Position numbers and translations under genes: made by a program | Notes under the pieces: model-generated | Databases searched by the model: none | Told to the model about the DNA's origin: nothing | What the model saw: the letters and a program-made list of their open reading frames with translations, nothing else | Shown here: positions 18,006-26,889 of the stretch, one piece after another | Layout of the letters: each line of letters opens with the position of its first letter | Numbering within the stretch: position 1 is the stretch's first letter | NCBI GenBank assembly: GCA_964346955.1 | Contig: CAYFWT010000021.1 | Span: 1-59,136 of the forward strand | Source: an uncultured Candidatus Saccharibacteria bacterium | GTDB lineage: Bacteria > Patescibacteriota > Minisyncoccia > Portnoybacterales > UBA2143 | Reading direction: 5' to 3' | DNA length: 59,136 bases

Positions 18006-18082
18006 CGGGCTGTGGCCTAGTGGTTTAAGGCACACGCATGGGGTGCGTGGGATCGGGGGTTCGAATCCCCCCAGCCCGACCA
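18006..18082 (+). tRNA. tRNA-Pro (anticodon GGG), CCA encoded
   Basis: Acceptor CGGGCTG/CAGCCCG (C1:G72, typical of bacterial Pro), anticodon stem CACGC/GCGTG, loop ATGGGGT. Confidence 0.9.
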
Positions 18083-18155
18083 CAAAAAGAAAACGCCTTG
18101 TTAAGGTGTTTTTTTGATAATTAACAAGGCGATGTCATAATTGATTTTGGAAAAA

Positions 18156-18338
18156 TTACTTTCTTAAAGAACGCTGAGGCGAGACAATCCTCGTCTTTTT
18201 TGGTTTACCAGTCTTATGGCGACATTTGATATGATTTATTGCTTCACAAAAAGGACACTTTACTTTGCAACTAGGATTTCCTTTGCCTATTCTTAAATCT
18301 TTAACATCAATTTCTTCCCCACAAGACTTACACTTCAT
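18156..18338 (-). CDS. small zinc-ribbon protein (CxxC...CxxC) with basic tail
   Basis: 60 aa, MKCKSCGEEI...KCPFCEAINH. A strong SD (gaaaggaggagg) lies 3 nt upstream of the ATG. Confidence 0.5.
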   Translation of the reverse strand: MKCKSCGEEIDVKDLRIGKGNPSCKVKCPFCEAINHIKCRHKTGKPKKTRIVSPQRSLRK

Positions 18339-18401
18339 TGCCTCCTCCTTTCTTTAAATCTCCTTTTTCAAAACAAACCACTCAAGAGACTACTAATAAC
18401 A

Positions 18402-18576
18402 AATGGCCTTGCTAGCAAGTGAGCATTCTCTAGAATTTCGACTTATAACACCAAGTGGGTGCATGCCTGTTAATCTGTCAGAACTCCAAAGGGCTCATCG
18501 AAACTAACGGAACAACGCTCCCAGGCTATGAAGATTAGCTCAAAATCTAAAGAAAATCTTGCCTAGCAAAGCCATT
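18402..18576 (-). ncRNA. candidate structured RNA or long structured 5' leader (~175 nt); family and strand not established
   Basis: In the 286-nt non-coding gap, the ends pair over about 18 bp (aatggccttgctagcaag with cttgcctagcaaagccatt, one mismatch and one bulge), extended by tgagc/gctca. A TTGACA promoter lies just upstream on the minus strand. Confidence 0.35.
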
Positions 18577-18579
18577 ATC

Positions 18580-18608
18580 AACATATCACTATCTCCAAGG
18601 TCTGTCAA
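18580..18608 (-). promoter_or_regulatory. sigma70-like promoter (TTGACA-17-TATGTT) on minus strand
   Basis: -35 at 18608-18603, 17-nt spacer, -10 at 18585-18580. The predicted start falls at the 5' end of the closing stem. Confidence 0.45.
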
Positions 18609-18624
18609 TAGGTTGAAAAAATAC

Positions 18625-19227
18625 TTAAAACATTATCTCTTCCTCTGCTCTCTGGTAATCGTGAATTTCTTCCGGAGCAAACCAAAGCTTGATTTCCTTC
18701 TTTGCCTCTTTGAGGTTACCCGAAGCATGAACTAAATTCTTGACTGCCCTTTTAGCCGCATTAGCCAAGGCAGGTGAATCACCTGAAAAATCACCTCGGA
18801 TAGTGCCAGGCGGAGCAAAAACAGGCAAGGTTGGCCCAATAATCATTCGGACATTATCAACCGCGTGAGGGCCTTGAACAATCATGGCCGCCACTGGGCC
18901 AGAAGACATAAAATCTACCAGCCATTGTTTAACTTTCTGGCCTATTTTAAATTTATCAATAGTACCTAGTTCTTTTTTAGCACTAAGGCCATATTGTTTA
19001 TAGGTCCTTAAGGTTTTGTCACCTAATTGGCTCAAATACTGACGAGTCGATGGATATTGAGCCTGATATTGCTCTTTAGTTGGCTGGACTAACTTTAAGG
19101 CAATAATTTTTAAGCCAGCTTTTTCAAACCGAGCAATCATCTCCCCAATTAGGCCTCTTTTAACTCCGTCGGGCTTGATAATGACCACGGTTCTTTCTTT
19201 AAGACTGGGGGTAATTGTTTCTTTCAT
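18625..19227 (-). CDS. ndk: nucleoside-diphosphate kinase (long form)
   Basis: ERTVVIIKPDGVKRGLIGEMIARFEKAGLKIIALKL and NLVHASG (active-site His context). Confidence 0.9.
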   Translation of the reverse strand: MKETITPSLKERTVVIIKPDGVKRGLIGEMIARFEKAGLKIIALKLVQPTKEQYQAQYPSTRQYLSQLGDKTLRTYKQYGLSAKKELGTIDKFKIGQKVKQWLVDFMSSGPVAAMIVQGPHAVDNVRMIIGPTLPVFAPPGTIRGDFSGDSPALANAAKRAVKNLVHASGNLKEAKKEIKLWFAPEEIHDYQRAEEEIMF

Positions 19228-19264
19228 AATCCTTCAGTTTAGATTAAAAAAAGATTTTTGACAA

Positions 19265-20134
19265 CTATTTTTCGGTTTTTACCTCAAGCAAGACTCCATC
19301 AGTGGAGATTTCAATATCGCCATTTTTATCTGTTCGATAAATCACTGAGTTCTTTAATCGGTCTAAAATTATCAAATGAGGGTGTCCAAAACGATTATTA
19401 GCCCCCACAGAAATTACTGATATCTGTGGGTTAACTGCTTTGATGAAGTTGTGGCTACTGGAAGTCTTGCTGCCGTGATGAGATACTTTTAAAACATCTG
19501 AAACTAATCCGCCGGCTGGCGGACGATTAAGCAAACGCTCTTCTATTTCTTTTTCAATATCACCAGGTAAAAGAAATTCTGTTTGCCCATAGATTAATTG
19601 AGTGACTACGGAAGCATTATTAACTTTTCTTAAAAATGACTCCATCAGTGCTTGCTCGGGCCAAAGAATCTTTAAACTTATCTCCTTCTCTAAAACAACT
19701 ATTTGACCAGCCTGAGCTTTGGTTAAAGGAATATTTCTCTCCTTGATAAGCTCTTGCCATCTTCCGTAAGTGGCGGTATCTTTCTTGAGGCCAGAAGTCA
19801 AAATATGCCCCACTTGATAATATTCAAGAACTTTAACCAAACCAGCCAAATGGTCAGCATCAGGATGAGTTAGAATAATTAAATCAATACTTCTATCATA
19901 AAAAGGCATCGCCTGACTTAATTTCTCTAAAACAGTAGCATCTGGCCCACCGTCAATTAAAACTTGCCGACTATAAGGGGTCTCAATAAAAATGGCATCG
20001 CCTTGTCCCACATCAAAGAAAGTAACTTCTAAGAGATTACTCTCAGCTTGCTCAAAAACAGCCAGCCAGATGAGGATGGTAGCAAGCAATAAAATCCCTA
20101 AGGTTGGATAAGTAGTTTTTTTGGTTTTGACCAT
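19265..20134 (-). CDS. comEC: ComEC/Rec2 C-terminal metallo-beta-lactamase domain (separate ORF with its own TM anchor)
   Basis: 289 aa with FFDVGQGDAIFIE, ILTHPDADHLAGL and KVSHHGSK. It overlaps the upstream comEC ORF by 37 nt. Confidence 0.8.
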   Translation of the reverse strand: MVKTKKTTYPTLGILLLATILIWLAVFEQAESNLLEVTFFDVGQGDAIFIETPYSRQVLIDGGPDATVLEKLSQAMPFYDRSIDLIILTHPDADHLAGLVKVLEYYQVGHILTSGLKKDTATYGRWQELIKERNIPLTKAQAGQIVVLEKEISLKILWPEQALMESFLRKVNNASVVTQLIYGQTEFLLPGDIEKEIEERLLNRPPAGGLVSDVLKVSHHGSKTSSSHNFIKAVNPQISVISVGANNRFGHPHLIILDRLKNSVIYRTDKNGDIEISTDGVLLEVKTEK

Positions 20135-21555
20135 TTAAAAATAATTAGAATTAAGAATAAATAATATCCCAACAGGATTATCCAAGAGATATTTTTAAAT
20201 TCATAGGCCGCCAAAGGAAAAGATGAAAGATAATCAATTATTTTAACCAAATAACTTAATAAAAACCAAACTGGCCAAGCGATGATTTTAGCCAAAGGGA
20301 GCCAGATAAGGCCAACCAGGCTAAGAACTAGACCGGAAATCATAATCATGGGCAAAAGAGGAACAATCAGTAAATTAGCTAAAGGCGAAATTAAAGAAAG
20401 GCGGCCAAAATGAAAAATTAAAAGGGGCAAAGTACCTAATTGGGCGGCTAAAGTCATAGTTAAAATATCCCTTAAATGAAATGGATTAGGCCAATTGGCG
20501 ATTTTTTCATCAAAGATTGGCTTAAGGTAGATAATGGACAAAGTAGCCATGAAAGAAAGTTGAAAACCAACATCAGCTGCCAAAAGTGATGGATTGATAG
20601 CTAGCATAGCAGTGGCGGCAAAAACTACTGCTCGATCAGCGCTACGGAGACGGCCTACTTTTTGAGCTAATAAAAGCAAACCAGCCATCAGACCAGCCCG
20701 GACTGCCGAAGCAGGCGCCCCAATCATAATAATATAAACTGTCAACAAAATTAAAACAAAATAAAAGGCTTGGCCTCGCCAAAGCCCCAAAGCTAAAGCC
20801 AGAAAAAGCAGAATTTGGCTCATAATAATCATGTGCATTCCTGAGATGGCGACAATGTGGCGGAGGCCAGTTAAATTAAGTTTTTCTTTTAAATTATTGG
20901 AAAGTCCCCATTTATCTCCTAAAAAGACTGCTTTAAGAATGCTGCTTTGAGGTGGCAAAAGTGTTTTATCAATAGCCTTTCTTAATTTGTTTTTAAAATT
21001 AAAAATTATTTGATAAAACCAATTAGCTTGATTTTTGGCGACTAATCTAATCTGGGGATAATAAATCACTGAATAAATTTTGTCTTTGGCTAAATACTCT
21101 CGATAATTAAAATCTTCAAATTGGGGTGGCTCTTTGAGTTGGCCGCTGATTTCTATTTCATCACCATAATAATATTCTGGATATAATCCAGTGGTGACTA
21201 ATATTTTTCCAGGGATTTCTTTAGCCCTAACTTGGAATTTTGTTTGATTAATTCTTTTCTCTGGTTCTTTAATGATAGTTCCCTTAAAAGTATTTTCTTG
21301 ATTATAAAATTGGCTAATTGTCTTAATCTTCTCAGGGCTAGAGAATATTTGATGGCGCCATCCTCCCCCAGCCAAAACTAATAAACAAAATCCAGCCACC
21401 ATTATTTTTCTGTCCCTCAATCCAAAAACAATCAAAATAACTGCCAAAATTAAAATTCCCAGCCAAATTGACTGGGAGATTACTATTAAAGAATCAAGGA
21501 AAATTCCACTAATAAAAGCTAAGCAAAGACAAAGAAGAATTTTGGATTTGCTCAT
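20098..21555 (-). CDS. comEC: ComEC/Rec2 N-terminal OB-fold plus competence channel domain
   Basis: 485 aa, polytopic, with the conserved GLRHIVAISGMHM competence-domain motif. It ends 14 nt after an A7 run. Confidence 0.85.
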   Translation of the reverse strand: MSKSKILLCLCLAFISGIFLDSLIVISQSIWLGILILAVILIVFGLRDRKIMVAGFCLLVLAGGGWRHQIFSSPEKIKTISQFYNQENTFKGTIIKEPEKRINQTKFQVRAKEIPGKILVTTGLYPEYYYGDEIEISGQLKEPPQFEDFNYREYLAKDKIYSVIYYPQIRLVAKNQANWFYQIIFNFKNKLRKAIDKTLLPPQSSILKAVFLGDKWGLSNNLKEKLNLTGLRHIVAISGMHMIIMSQILLFLALALGLWRGQAFYFVLILLTVYIIMIGAPASAVRAGLMAGLLLLAQKVGRLRSADRAVVFAATAMLAINPSLLAADVGFQLSFMATLSIIYLKPIFDEKIANWPNPFHLRDILTMTLAAQLGTLPLLIFHFGRLSLISPLANLLIVPLLPMIMISGLVLSLVGLIWLPLAKIIAWPVWFLLSYLVKIIDYLSSFPLAAYEFKNISWIILLGYYLFLILIIFKWSKPKKLLIQP

Positions 21556-22253
21556 AGGCCACGTAACTCTACCTGCTTGAAATAAGGTTTTAGAATTTTA
21601 ACCATCTCTTTTAATTCTTTTTCAGAATAAGGCTTGATTTTTTGCCATGATTTATTCAAGGTCTTTTCTGCTCTAAACTGCTGAAGGGCAAAAGATTTAG
21701 CTCCTTCAAGCCATTGGCCTATTTTTTTTATTTCTTTTCTATCAATTAAATTTGGCGCGGCGGTGGTTCGGAACTCGTAATCTATTCCGCTGTTTCTAAT
21801 CAATTCGATACTTTGACTGATATTTTTAAAATCAACTTGCCTGCCCGCCGTTTGAGCATATTTCTCAGGCGAGTTCTTAATGTCCATGGCCACAAAATCT
21901 AAAAGATTTTCTTGAAAAAGATTCTTCAATATTTCTGGCTGACTGCCATTGGTATCTAACTTAACTAAAAATTCTTCCTGCTTTATTTTTTTAATAAAAT
22001 CAATTAAATCTGGCTGAATAAGGGGTTCCCCGCCAGTCAAACAAACCCCGTCTAAAAGACCTCGGCGTGATTTTAAAAAATTAAAAAACACCTCTTCTTT
22101 TATTAGAGGCTGTTTTCCTATTTTATTTAGGTCAACTAATTCTGGGTTTTGACAAAAAGGGCAACGAAAATCACAACCAAGAGTAAAAAGAGTAGCCGCA
22201 ATTTTCCCTGGATAATCAAGCAAGGTTAATTTTTCCAAGCCGCCAATTAACAT
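21552..22253 (-). CDS. nrdG: anaerobic ribonucleoside-triphosphate reductase activating protein (radical SAM)
   Basis: CDFRCPFCQNP cluster motif. Located directly downstream of nrdD, with an ATGA overlap with comEC. Confidence 0.9.
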   Translation of the reverse strand: MLIGGLEKLTLLDYPGKIAATLFTLGCDFRCPFCQNPELVDLNKIGKQPLIKEEVFFNFLKSRRGLLDGVCLTGGEPLIQPDLIDFIKKIKQEEFLVKLDTNGSQPEILKNLFQENLLDFVAMDIKNSPEKYAQTAGRQVDFKNISQSIELIRNSGIDYEFRTTAAPNLIDRKEIKKIGQWLEGAKSFALQQFRAEKTLNKSWQKIKPYSEKELKEMVKILKPYFKQVELRGL

Positions 22254-22256
22254 TTT

Positions 22257-24368
22257 TCATTTTTTAACCTTAAATACTTTTCGGTCTTTAAATTCTTCTC
22301 TTTTGCCCAGATGCCACTGCTGAACTGGCCGAATGTAGCCAACCACTCGGGAATAAACTTCGCAAGGCTGATGAACTACGCACTTAGGGCAAGTGAAGTG
22401 TTCACCAGCAAGATAACCATGGTGAGGACAAATGGAAAAAGTGGGAGTTAAGGTAATGTAAGGCAAATGAAATTTTTCAAAGATTTTTTTGACTAAATTC
22501 TTAGTGGCCCGAATATCAGAAACCCTTTCTCCTAAAAAAAGGTGTAAAACTGTCCCCCCAGTATATTTAGATTGAACTTCATCTTGAAGTTCTAAGGCCT
22601 TAAAAATATCGTTAGTATAATTGACCGGTAACTGAGAACTATTGGTATAATATGGCGTTTTTTTGGTGCCAGCCGTAATTATATCTGGATATTGCTGTTT
22701 GTCCTTTAAAGCCAGGCGGTAACTAGTTCCTTCAGCCGGCGTAGCTTCTAAATTATATAAATTACCAGTTTCTTCCTGATACTTAACCAATTTCTGGCGC
22801 ATAAAGTCTAAAATTTCAAGAGCAAATCTCTTGCCGGTTCGAGAACCAACATCCTGCCCAAGAAAGTTCAAGAGGGCTTCGTTTATGCCTACTAAACCAA
22901 TAGTTGAAAAATGATTGCCATAGTAGTTCTCCCTCATTTTCTTAACTCCCGCTAACCAATATCTGGAATAAGGATAAAGGCCTTTTTCGATGAAGTTTTC
23001 TAGAATCTTTCTTTTAGCTTCTAAACTATCCCGGGCTAAATCCATTACTTTAGCCACTCGCTCTAAAAACTCTTTTCTAGTCTTGGAGAGATAGCCGATC
23101 CGCGGTAAATTAATCGTGGCCACCCCTATGGAACCAGTTAAAGGATTTGAGCCGAACAGCCCGCCACCCCGTTTGTAAAGCTCCTTATTTGATAATCTCA
23201 ATCGACAACACATGCTTCTGACATCCTCCGGCTTCATATCAGAATGAATGAAATTAGCAAAATAATTAGTTCCATACTTAGCTGTCGCCTCCCATAAGGG
23301 ATTCAAATTAGGGTCATCCCAAGGAAAGTCTTTAGTAATATTGATAGTGGGAATAGGAAAAGTAAAAATTCGCTGATGCCTATCCCCTTCTATCATACAC
23401 TCATAAAAAGCCCGGTTAAGGAGACTCATCTCTTGTTGAAATTCGCCATAAGTTTCCTTTTGTGGTCGGCCACCAATAATCACTGGCTGATTAGCTAAAG
23501 TGGGTGAAGGTCTGATATCTAAAGTAAGATTTTCAAAGGGAGTCTGGAAACCAACCCGGGTAGGCACACTGCAGTTAAATAGAAACTCCTGCATGGCCTG
23601 TTTAACTTGGCGATAATCCAAATGGTCATACCTAATAAAGGGAGCTAATAAAGTATCAAAAGAACTGAAAGCGACTGCTCCGGCGATTTCTCCCTGCAGG
23701 GTATAAAAGAAATTGACCATCTGACCTAAGGCAGTCTGGAGATGTTTAGCTGGTTTTGACTCGACTTTTCCAGAAACTCCGCCAAATCCTTTAAGCAACA
23801 AGTCATAAAGGTCCCAGCCCATACAATAGCAAGCCAAACAATCTAAGTTATGTAAATGTAAATCACCACTATTAACTGCCTCTCTAATCTCTTGAGGATA
23901 AATTTTATTAAGCCAGTATTTCTTGGCCACCGCTGAAACAACATAGTGATTCAACCCCTGCAAGGAATAGGCCATATTAGCATTTTCCTTGACTTGCCAA
24001 TCTAATTCTTGAATATATTTGTCAACCATCTCCACTGCCTCATCAATGGCAGTGGTGGCTTCTCTAATTCGGCGGCGCTGTTCGCGATATAAAATATAGG
24101 CCTTAGCTACCTCTGTATAGCCATTAATAATCAAAACCTCCTCAACAATATCTTGAATCTCTTCTATTTGAGGAATGTCCCCTTTTTTAAATCTCCTATT
24201 TAAAAGGTCAATTACTTGGTCTGATAATTTCTGGGCAATTCTTTTATTACCTTTTTTAGCAGCAGTTAAAGCCTTGAAAATAGCTTGAGTGATTTTAGAC
24301 TGGTCAAAATCAACAATTCGACCATCTCGTTTTTGGACCTGATTAAACCTTGCTTTTGTTCTGGGCAT
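22257..24368 (-). CDS. nrdD: anaerobic ribonucleoside-triphosphate reductase (class III) with N-terminal ATP-cone
   Basis: 703 aa with an ATP-cone start (VQKRDGRIVDFDQSKI), a C-terminal Zn site (CPHHG...CPKC) and a glycyl-radical-type tail (VVGYIRPV). Confidence 0.95.
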   Translation of the reverse strand: MPRTKARFNQVQKRDGRIVDFDQSKITQAIFKALTAAKKGNKRIAQKLSDQVIDLLNRRFKKGDIPQIEEIQDIVEEVLIINGYTEVAKAYILYREQRRRIREATTAIDEAVEMVDKYIQELDWQVKENANMAYSLQGLNHYVVSAVAKKYWLNKIYPQEIREAVNSGDLHLHNLDCLACYCMGWDLYDLLLKGFGGVSGKVESKPAKHLQTALGQMVNFFYTLQGEIAGAVAFSSFDTLLAPFIRYDHLDYRQVKQAMQEFLFNCSVPTRVGFQTPFENLTLDIRPSPTLANQPVIIGGRPQKETYGEFQQEMSLLNRAFYECMIEGDRHQRIFTFPIPTINITKDFPWDDPNLNPLWEATAKYGTNYFANFIHSDMKPEDVRSMCCRLRLSNKELYKRGGGLFGSNPLTGSIGVATINLPRIGYLSKTRKEFLERVAKVMDLARDSLEAKRKILENFIEKGLYPYSRYWLAGVKKMRENYYGNHFSTIGLVGINEALLNFLGQDVGSRTGKRFALEILDFMRQKLVKYQEETGNLYNLEATPAEGTSYRLALKDKQQYPDIITAGTKKTPYYTNSSQLPVNYTNDIFKALELQDEVQSKYTGGTVLHLFLGERVSDIRATKNLVKKIFEKFHLPYITLTPTFSICPHHGYLAGEHFTCPKCVVHQPCEVYSRVVGYIRPVQQWHLGKREEFKDRKVFKVKK

Positions 24369-24405
24369 AAGACCTCCTTAAGAATTAACCTCAAGAACTT
24401 CTTCT

Positions 24406-24434
24406 ATTTTACTCTAATAAAAAACGGGGGTCAA
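24406..24434 (-). promoter_or_regulatory. sigma70-like promoter (TTGACC-17-TAAAAT) for nrdDG-comEC
   Basis: The hexamers were read on the minus strand, about 40 nt upstream of the nrdD start. Confidence 0.4.
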
Positions 24435-24527
24435 ACCGATAGCCAATGAGCAATAAATAAAATAAATAAAAACAGCCCATAACGATGTCTCAGCTGTCTG
24501 TTGCTTATGGTAATTGTTTATATTAAC

Positions 24528-24827
24528 CTATTCTTTCTTTTCTTCTTTTAAAACAATGCCCATTTCAATACCGCCAAAGTGCGAGGCAATGAAGTTATAA
24601 ACCAAACCTAAAACAAGCCCACTGACAAAGCTAATAATAGTACAAATTGGGATAATCAGTAAAACGAGCAACGGGAAACCAGAATAAGAAGCCCAACCTG
24701 GAGAAAAAAACACCCCCAAAAAATAAGGAATCAATGCGATTAAGGCAAAAATAAAACTACTGACTAAACCAAGACAAGCGCTAATCTTAGCCAGAGATAA
24801 AACTTTTACCTTTTTAATTTCATACAT
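24528..24827 (-). CDS. hypothetical small membrane protein (3 TM)
   Basis: 99-aa hydrophobic ORF; no family recognised. Confidence 0.45.
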   Translation of the reverse strand: MYEIKKVKVLSLAKISACLGLVSSFIFALIALIPYFLGVFFSPGWASYSGFPLLVLLIIPICTIISFVSGLVLGLVYNFIASHFGGIEMGIVLKEEKKE

Positions 24828-24867
24828 ATTTTAATTTGCTTCTAGCCAAAAAAATTTAGAAAATTCT

Positions 24868-25470
24868 TTAGCGGTGCTTTTTCTGCAAAAAAATAGCTAA
24901 GGGGGTTATGATAGCCACTAATAAGCCTAAAACAATATAAATAGCTGCGTTTTTGTATTGATAGGAAATATATTTAACCGCCTCCCCTAAAAGATGGGCT
25001 ATCATCCAAAAAGCAAAAACCATATAAGCGTAAACAACCACTCGCCAGCCCTCTTTTTGCTCTCTAATTTTCACTAAATAGTAAAACAGAAAAACTAAAA
25101 GGAAAACTGGAATAATAAAAGCAGCATGAATCAAAAGCTTATAGGTTAAATATTTCCCCTTTTCTTTGGTTGGATAATAAACGCTAACCCCAGGAGCTAA
25201 TTTGGACCGCTCGGCGCTTAATCCCGAGACCATAGCTTGAGCTGTTTTTATCAGTTTATTCGGCTGATCCAATTGAAAAATTCGGTAAGTATCTTGCCCT
25301 TGTTTTTCAATGACTGGATTAACCCAACGATTTAGATCAAAAATGAATCGCTCACCAAGTAAAATCAAAACAATAGCTAAAACAATTACCAGAATTATTC
25401 CCAGAATAGAAAATTTCTGAAGCTTAGCGGATTCTCGAGGAGCAGTTTTGGATAAGATATCATTGGGCAT
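24868..25470 (-). CDS. hypothetical membrane protein
   Basis: The ORF-track start (25509) is encoded by the heptad-repeat tract, so the internal ATG at 25470 (MPNDILSK...) is preferred. Several TM helices. Confidence 0.45.
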   Translation of the reverse strand: MPNDILSKTAPRESAKLQKFSILGIILVIVLAIVLILLGERFIFDLNRWVNPVIEKQGQDTYRIFQLDQPNKLIKTAQAMVSGLSAERSKLAPGVSVYYPTKEKGKYLTYKLLIHAAFIIPVFLLVFLFYYLVKIREQKEGWRVVVYAYMVFAFWMIAHLLGEAVKYISYQYKNAAIYIVLGLLVAIITPLAIFLQKKHR

Positions 25471-25599
25471 ATAAGCTAAAGATGCAAGGATACAAGATAC
25501 AATAACCAAAAAGTTTGAATATTGGATATTGGAATTTGGTTATTGATTATTAGATATTTTTTGTATCCTTGTTTCTTGGTTATTGGTTATTTTTAAGAT
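25471..25599. repeat. long 7-nt periodic degenerate tract with internal inverted symmetry
   Basis: Heptads include ...gcaagga/tacaaga/tacaata/accaaaa... and tttgaat/attggat/attggaa/tttggtt/attgatt/attagat/.../tggttat/tggttat. caaggatacaa and ttgtatccttg are inverted copies. Confidence 0.65.
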
Positions 25600-26748
25600 T
25601 TATTTTCTCGACAAATATACAAAAGCTACCCCTATCCCCATCAGCACCATTAAACTGGCTGCCATGACTATCCAAAACCAAATTTCAGTTGCTCCCTCAA
25701 GCGGTCGAGCATTGACTAAGTTATTATCTGAAGCGTTTCTCAAGTATAAATCATAAGTCATCTCACTATAGGCCATCCAGCGAGTCAATTTAGTCAAAAA
25801 ATATTTATCTTTAGCTGGCCTAAGCCAGGGGTCGCCTTGGTCATCAAAAGCTAACTCCTCAATAGTCTCTTTTTTAACCCAGCCAGCATATTGGGTTCCA
25901 AAGCCAGAGATAGTTTGTTTATTGGCTGAGGTAAAGACATAAATTAAGAGGCCGACTTTTTGAGGATAATATGGTGCAATTCGGAGGAGTTCTGGTGGAA
26001 TTGATTCTGGTAATAGCCCAATATCTTCTCCCTTTAATTTTTGGACTTCTGTCTTAAGTTGTTTCAGATAATCTTCTAGTGGGTAATAATTAGAAGGCTT
26101 GAAATCTCCCATCACCGAAGAAATTTTTAAAGGGTAAATAATTTTATCAGTGGGAAACTTAAGTTGGAGGGGAACCATATGGCCTTGACGCAATTGCTGA
26201 GTCAGGCCTGGTGAAATTGACTCGACATCAATTTTAATCGCTGTGAAATACCATCCTTTATCAACGTAACTGTCTAAAATATAAGCGCTACTAGTGGGAA
26301 ACTGGTAATTATTCTCATTTAGCCAATCAGCTAAAGCAGTGGGTTCATCAGCAGTTAAAACGGCGATGTCAAAATATTCAACTTTTTTAGTTTCCACAAC
26401 GTAGACATTTCCGCTTCTCTGTCCCTCTAAATAAGCCTCATCAAAACTTAAAGGCAGGAGATATCTTTCCTCTACTCGAGTCAGCTCGTCAAGGGTCGTA
26501 AACAATTCATCCGATGACTTAGAAACTTCTGGTCGGGAAGGAGTAGGAATGACCCAGCCAAAATCTTTAGCATCGCCTCGAAAAGTCACTGATAAAACCA
26601 GCGTTTCTATTCCCTGTTCATAAAAAATCACCGCCCGTTGGTCTGTCTCATACATATAATAATCAGGCGGTGGGAATATTCCTCCATCAGCTAAAACAAA
26701 AGAAGGAACTAAAAAAACAACAACTAGTAAAAATATTTTTCTTGTCAT
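25600..26748 (-). CDS. DUF2330-like secreted protein with C-terminal TM anchor
   Basis: 382 aa with a signal peptide, then ADGGIFPPP...QRAVIFYEQGIETLVLSVTF.GDAKDFGWVIPTPS. The family is assigned from memory of this pattern. Confidence 0.5.
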   Translation of the reverse strand: MTRKIFLLVVVFLVPSFVLADGGIFPPPDYYMYETDQRAVIFYEQGIETLVLSVTFRGDAKDFGWVIPTPSRPEVSKSSDELFTTLDELTRVEERYLLPLSFDEAYLEGQRSGNVYVVETKKVEYFDIAVLTADEPTALADWLNENNYQFPTSSAYILDSYVDKGWYFTAIKIDVESISPGLTQQLRQGHMVPLQLKFPTDKIIYPLKISSVMGDFKPSNYYPLEDYLKQLKTEVQKLKGEDIGLLPESIPPELLRIAPYYPQKVGLLIYVFTSANKQTISGFGTQYAGWVKKETIEELAFDDQGDPWLRPAKDKYFLTKLTRWMAYSEMTYDLYLRNASDNNLVNARPLEGATEIWFWIVMAASLMVLMGIGVAFVYLSRK

Positions 26749-26767
26749 GTCTTTATTCTATGGTAAC

Positions 26768-26793
26768 CAAAAAGAGCGGTCAATGACTGCTCT
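26768..26793 (-). terminator. intrinsic terminator after the ftsA-ftsZ unit
   Basis: On the minus strand, an 8-bp stem agagcagt/accgctct (one G-U) is followed by TTTTT. Confidence 0.5.
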
Positions 26794-26811
26794 TGTGGAT
26801 AAGATGAAAGA

Positions 26812-26889
26812 GATCCCTCGCTTTGCTCGGGATAAATATTTCTAGCTGCTCAGGTTTCGCCTGCGGCTCGCCCTCGCAGAGAAATATTT
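26812..26889. repeat. GC-rich palindromic (REP-like) units
   Basis: gatccctcgctttgctcgggat is followed by aaatatttct...agaaatattt, which encloses agctgctcaggtttcgcctgcggctcgccctcgcag. The right arm overlaps the ftsZ stop codon. Confidence 0.5.

Noticed and set aside
18402-18576. Assignment of the structured RNA to SRP RNA, RNase P RNA or tmRNA
   Set aside because: I could not find the SRP domain IV GGAA/AGCA motif, the RNase P GAGGAAAGTCC box or a tRNA-like TTCGA...CCA end. The family is left open, with 6S-like only as a possibility.
24369-24527. NrdR box upstream of nrdD
   Set aside because: I looked for the 16-bp acaCwAtATaTwgtgt-type palindrome and saw none, only a plausible TTGACC-17-TAAAAT promoter.
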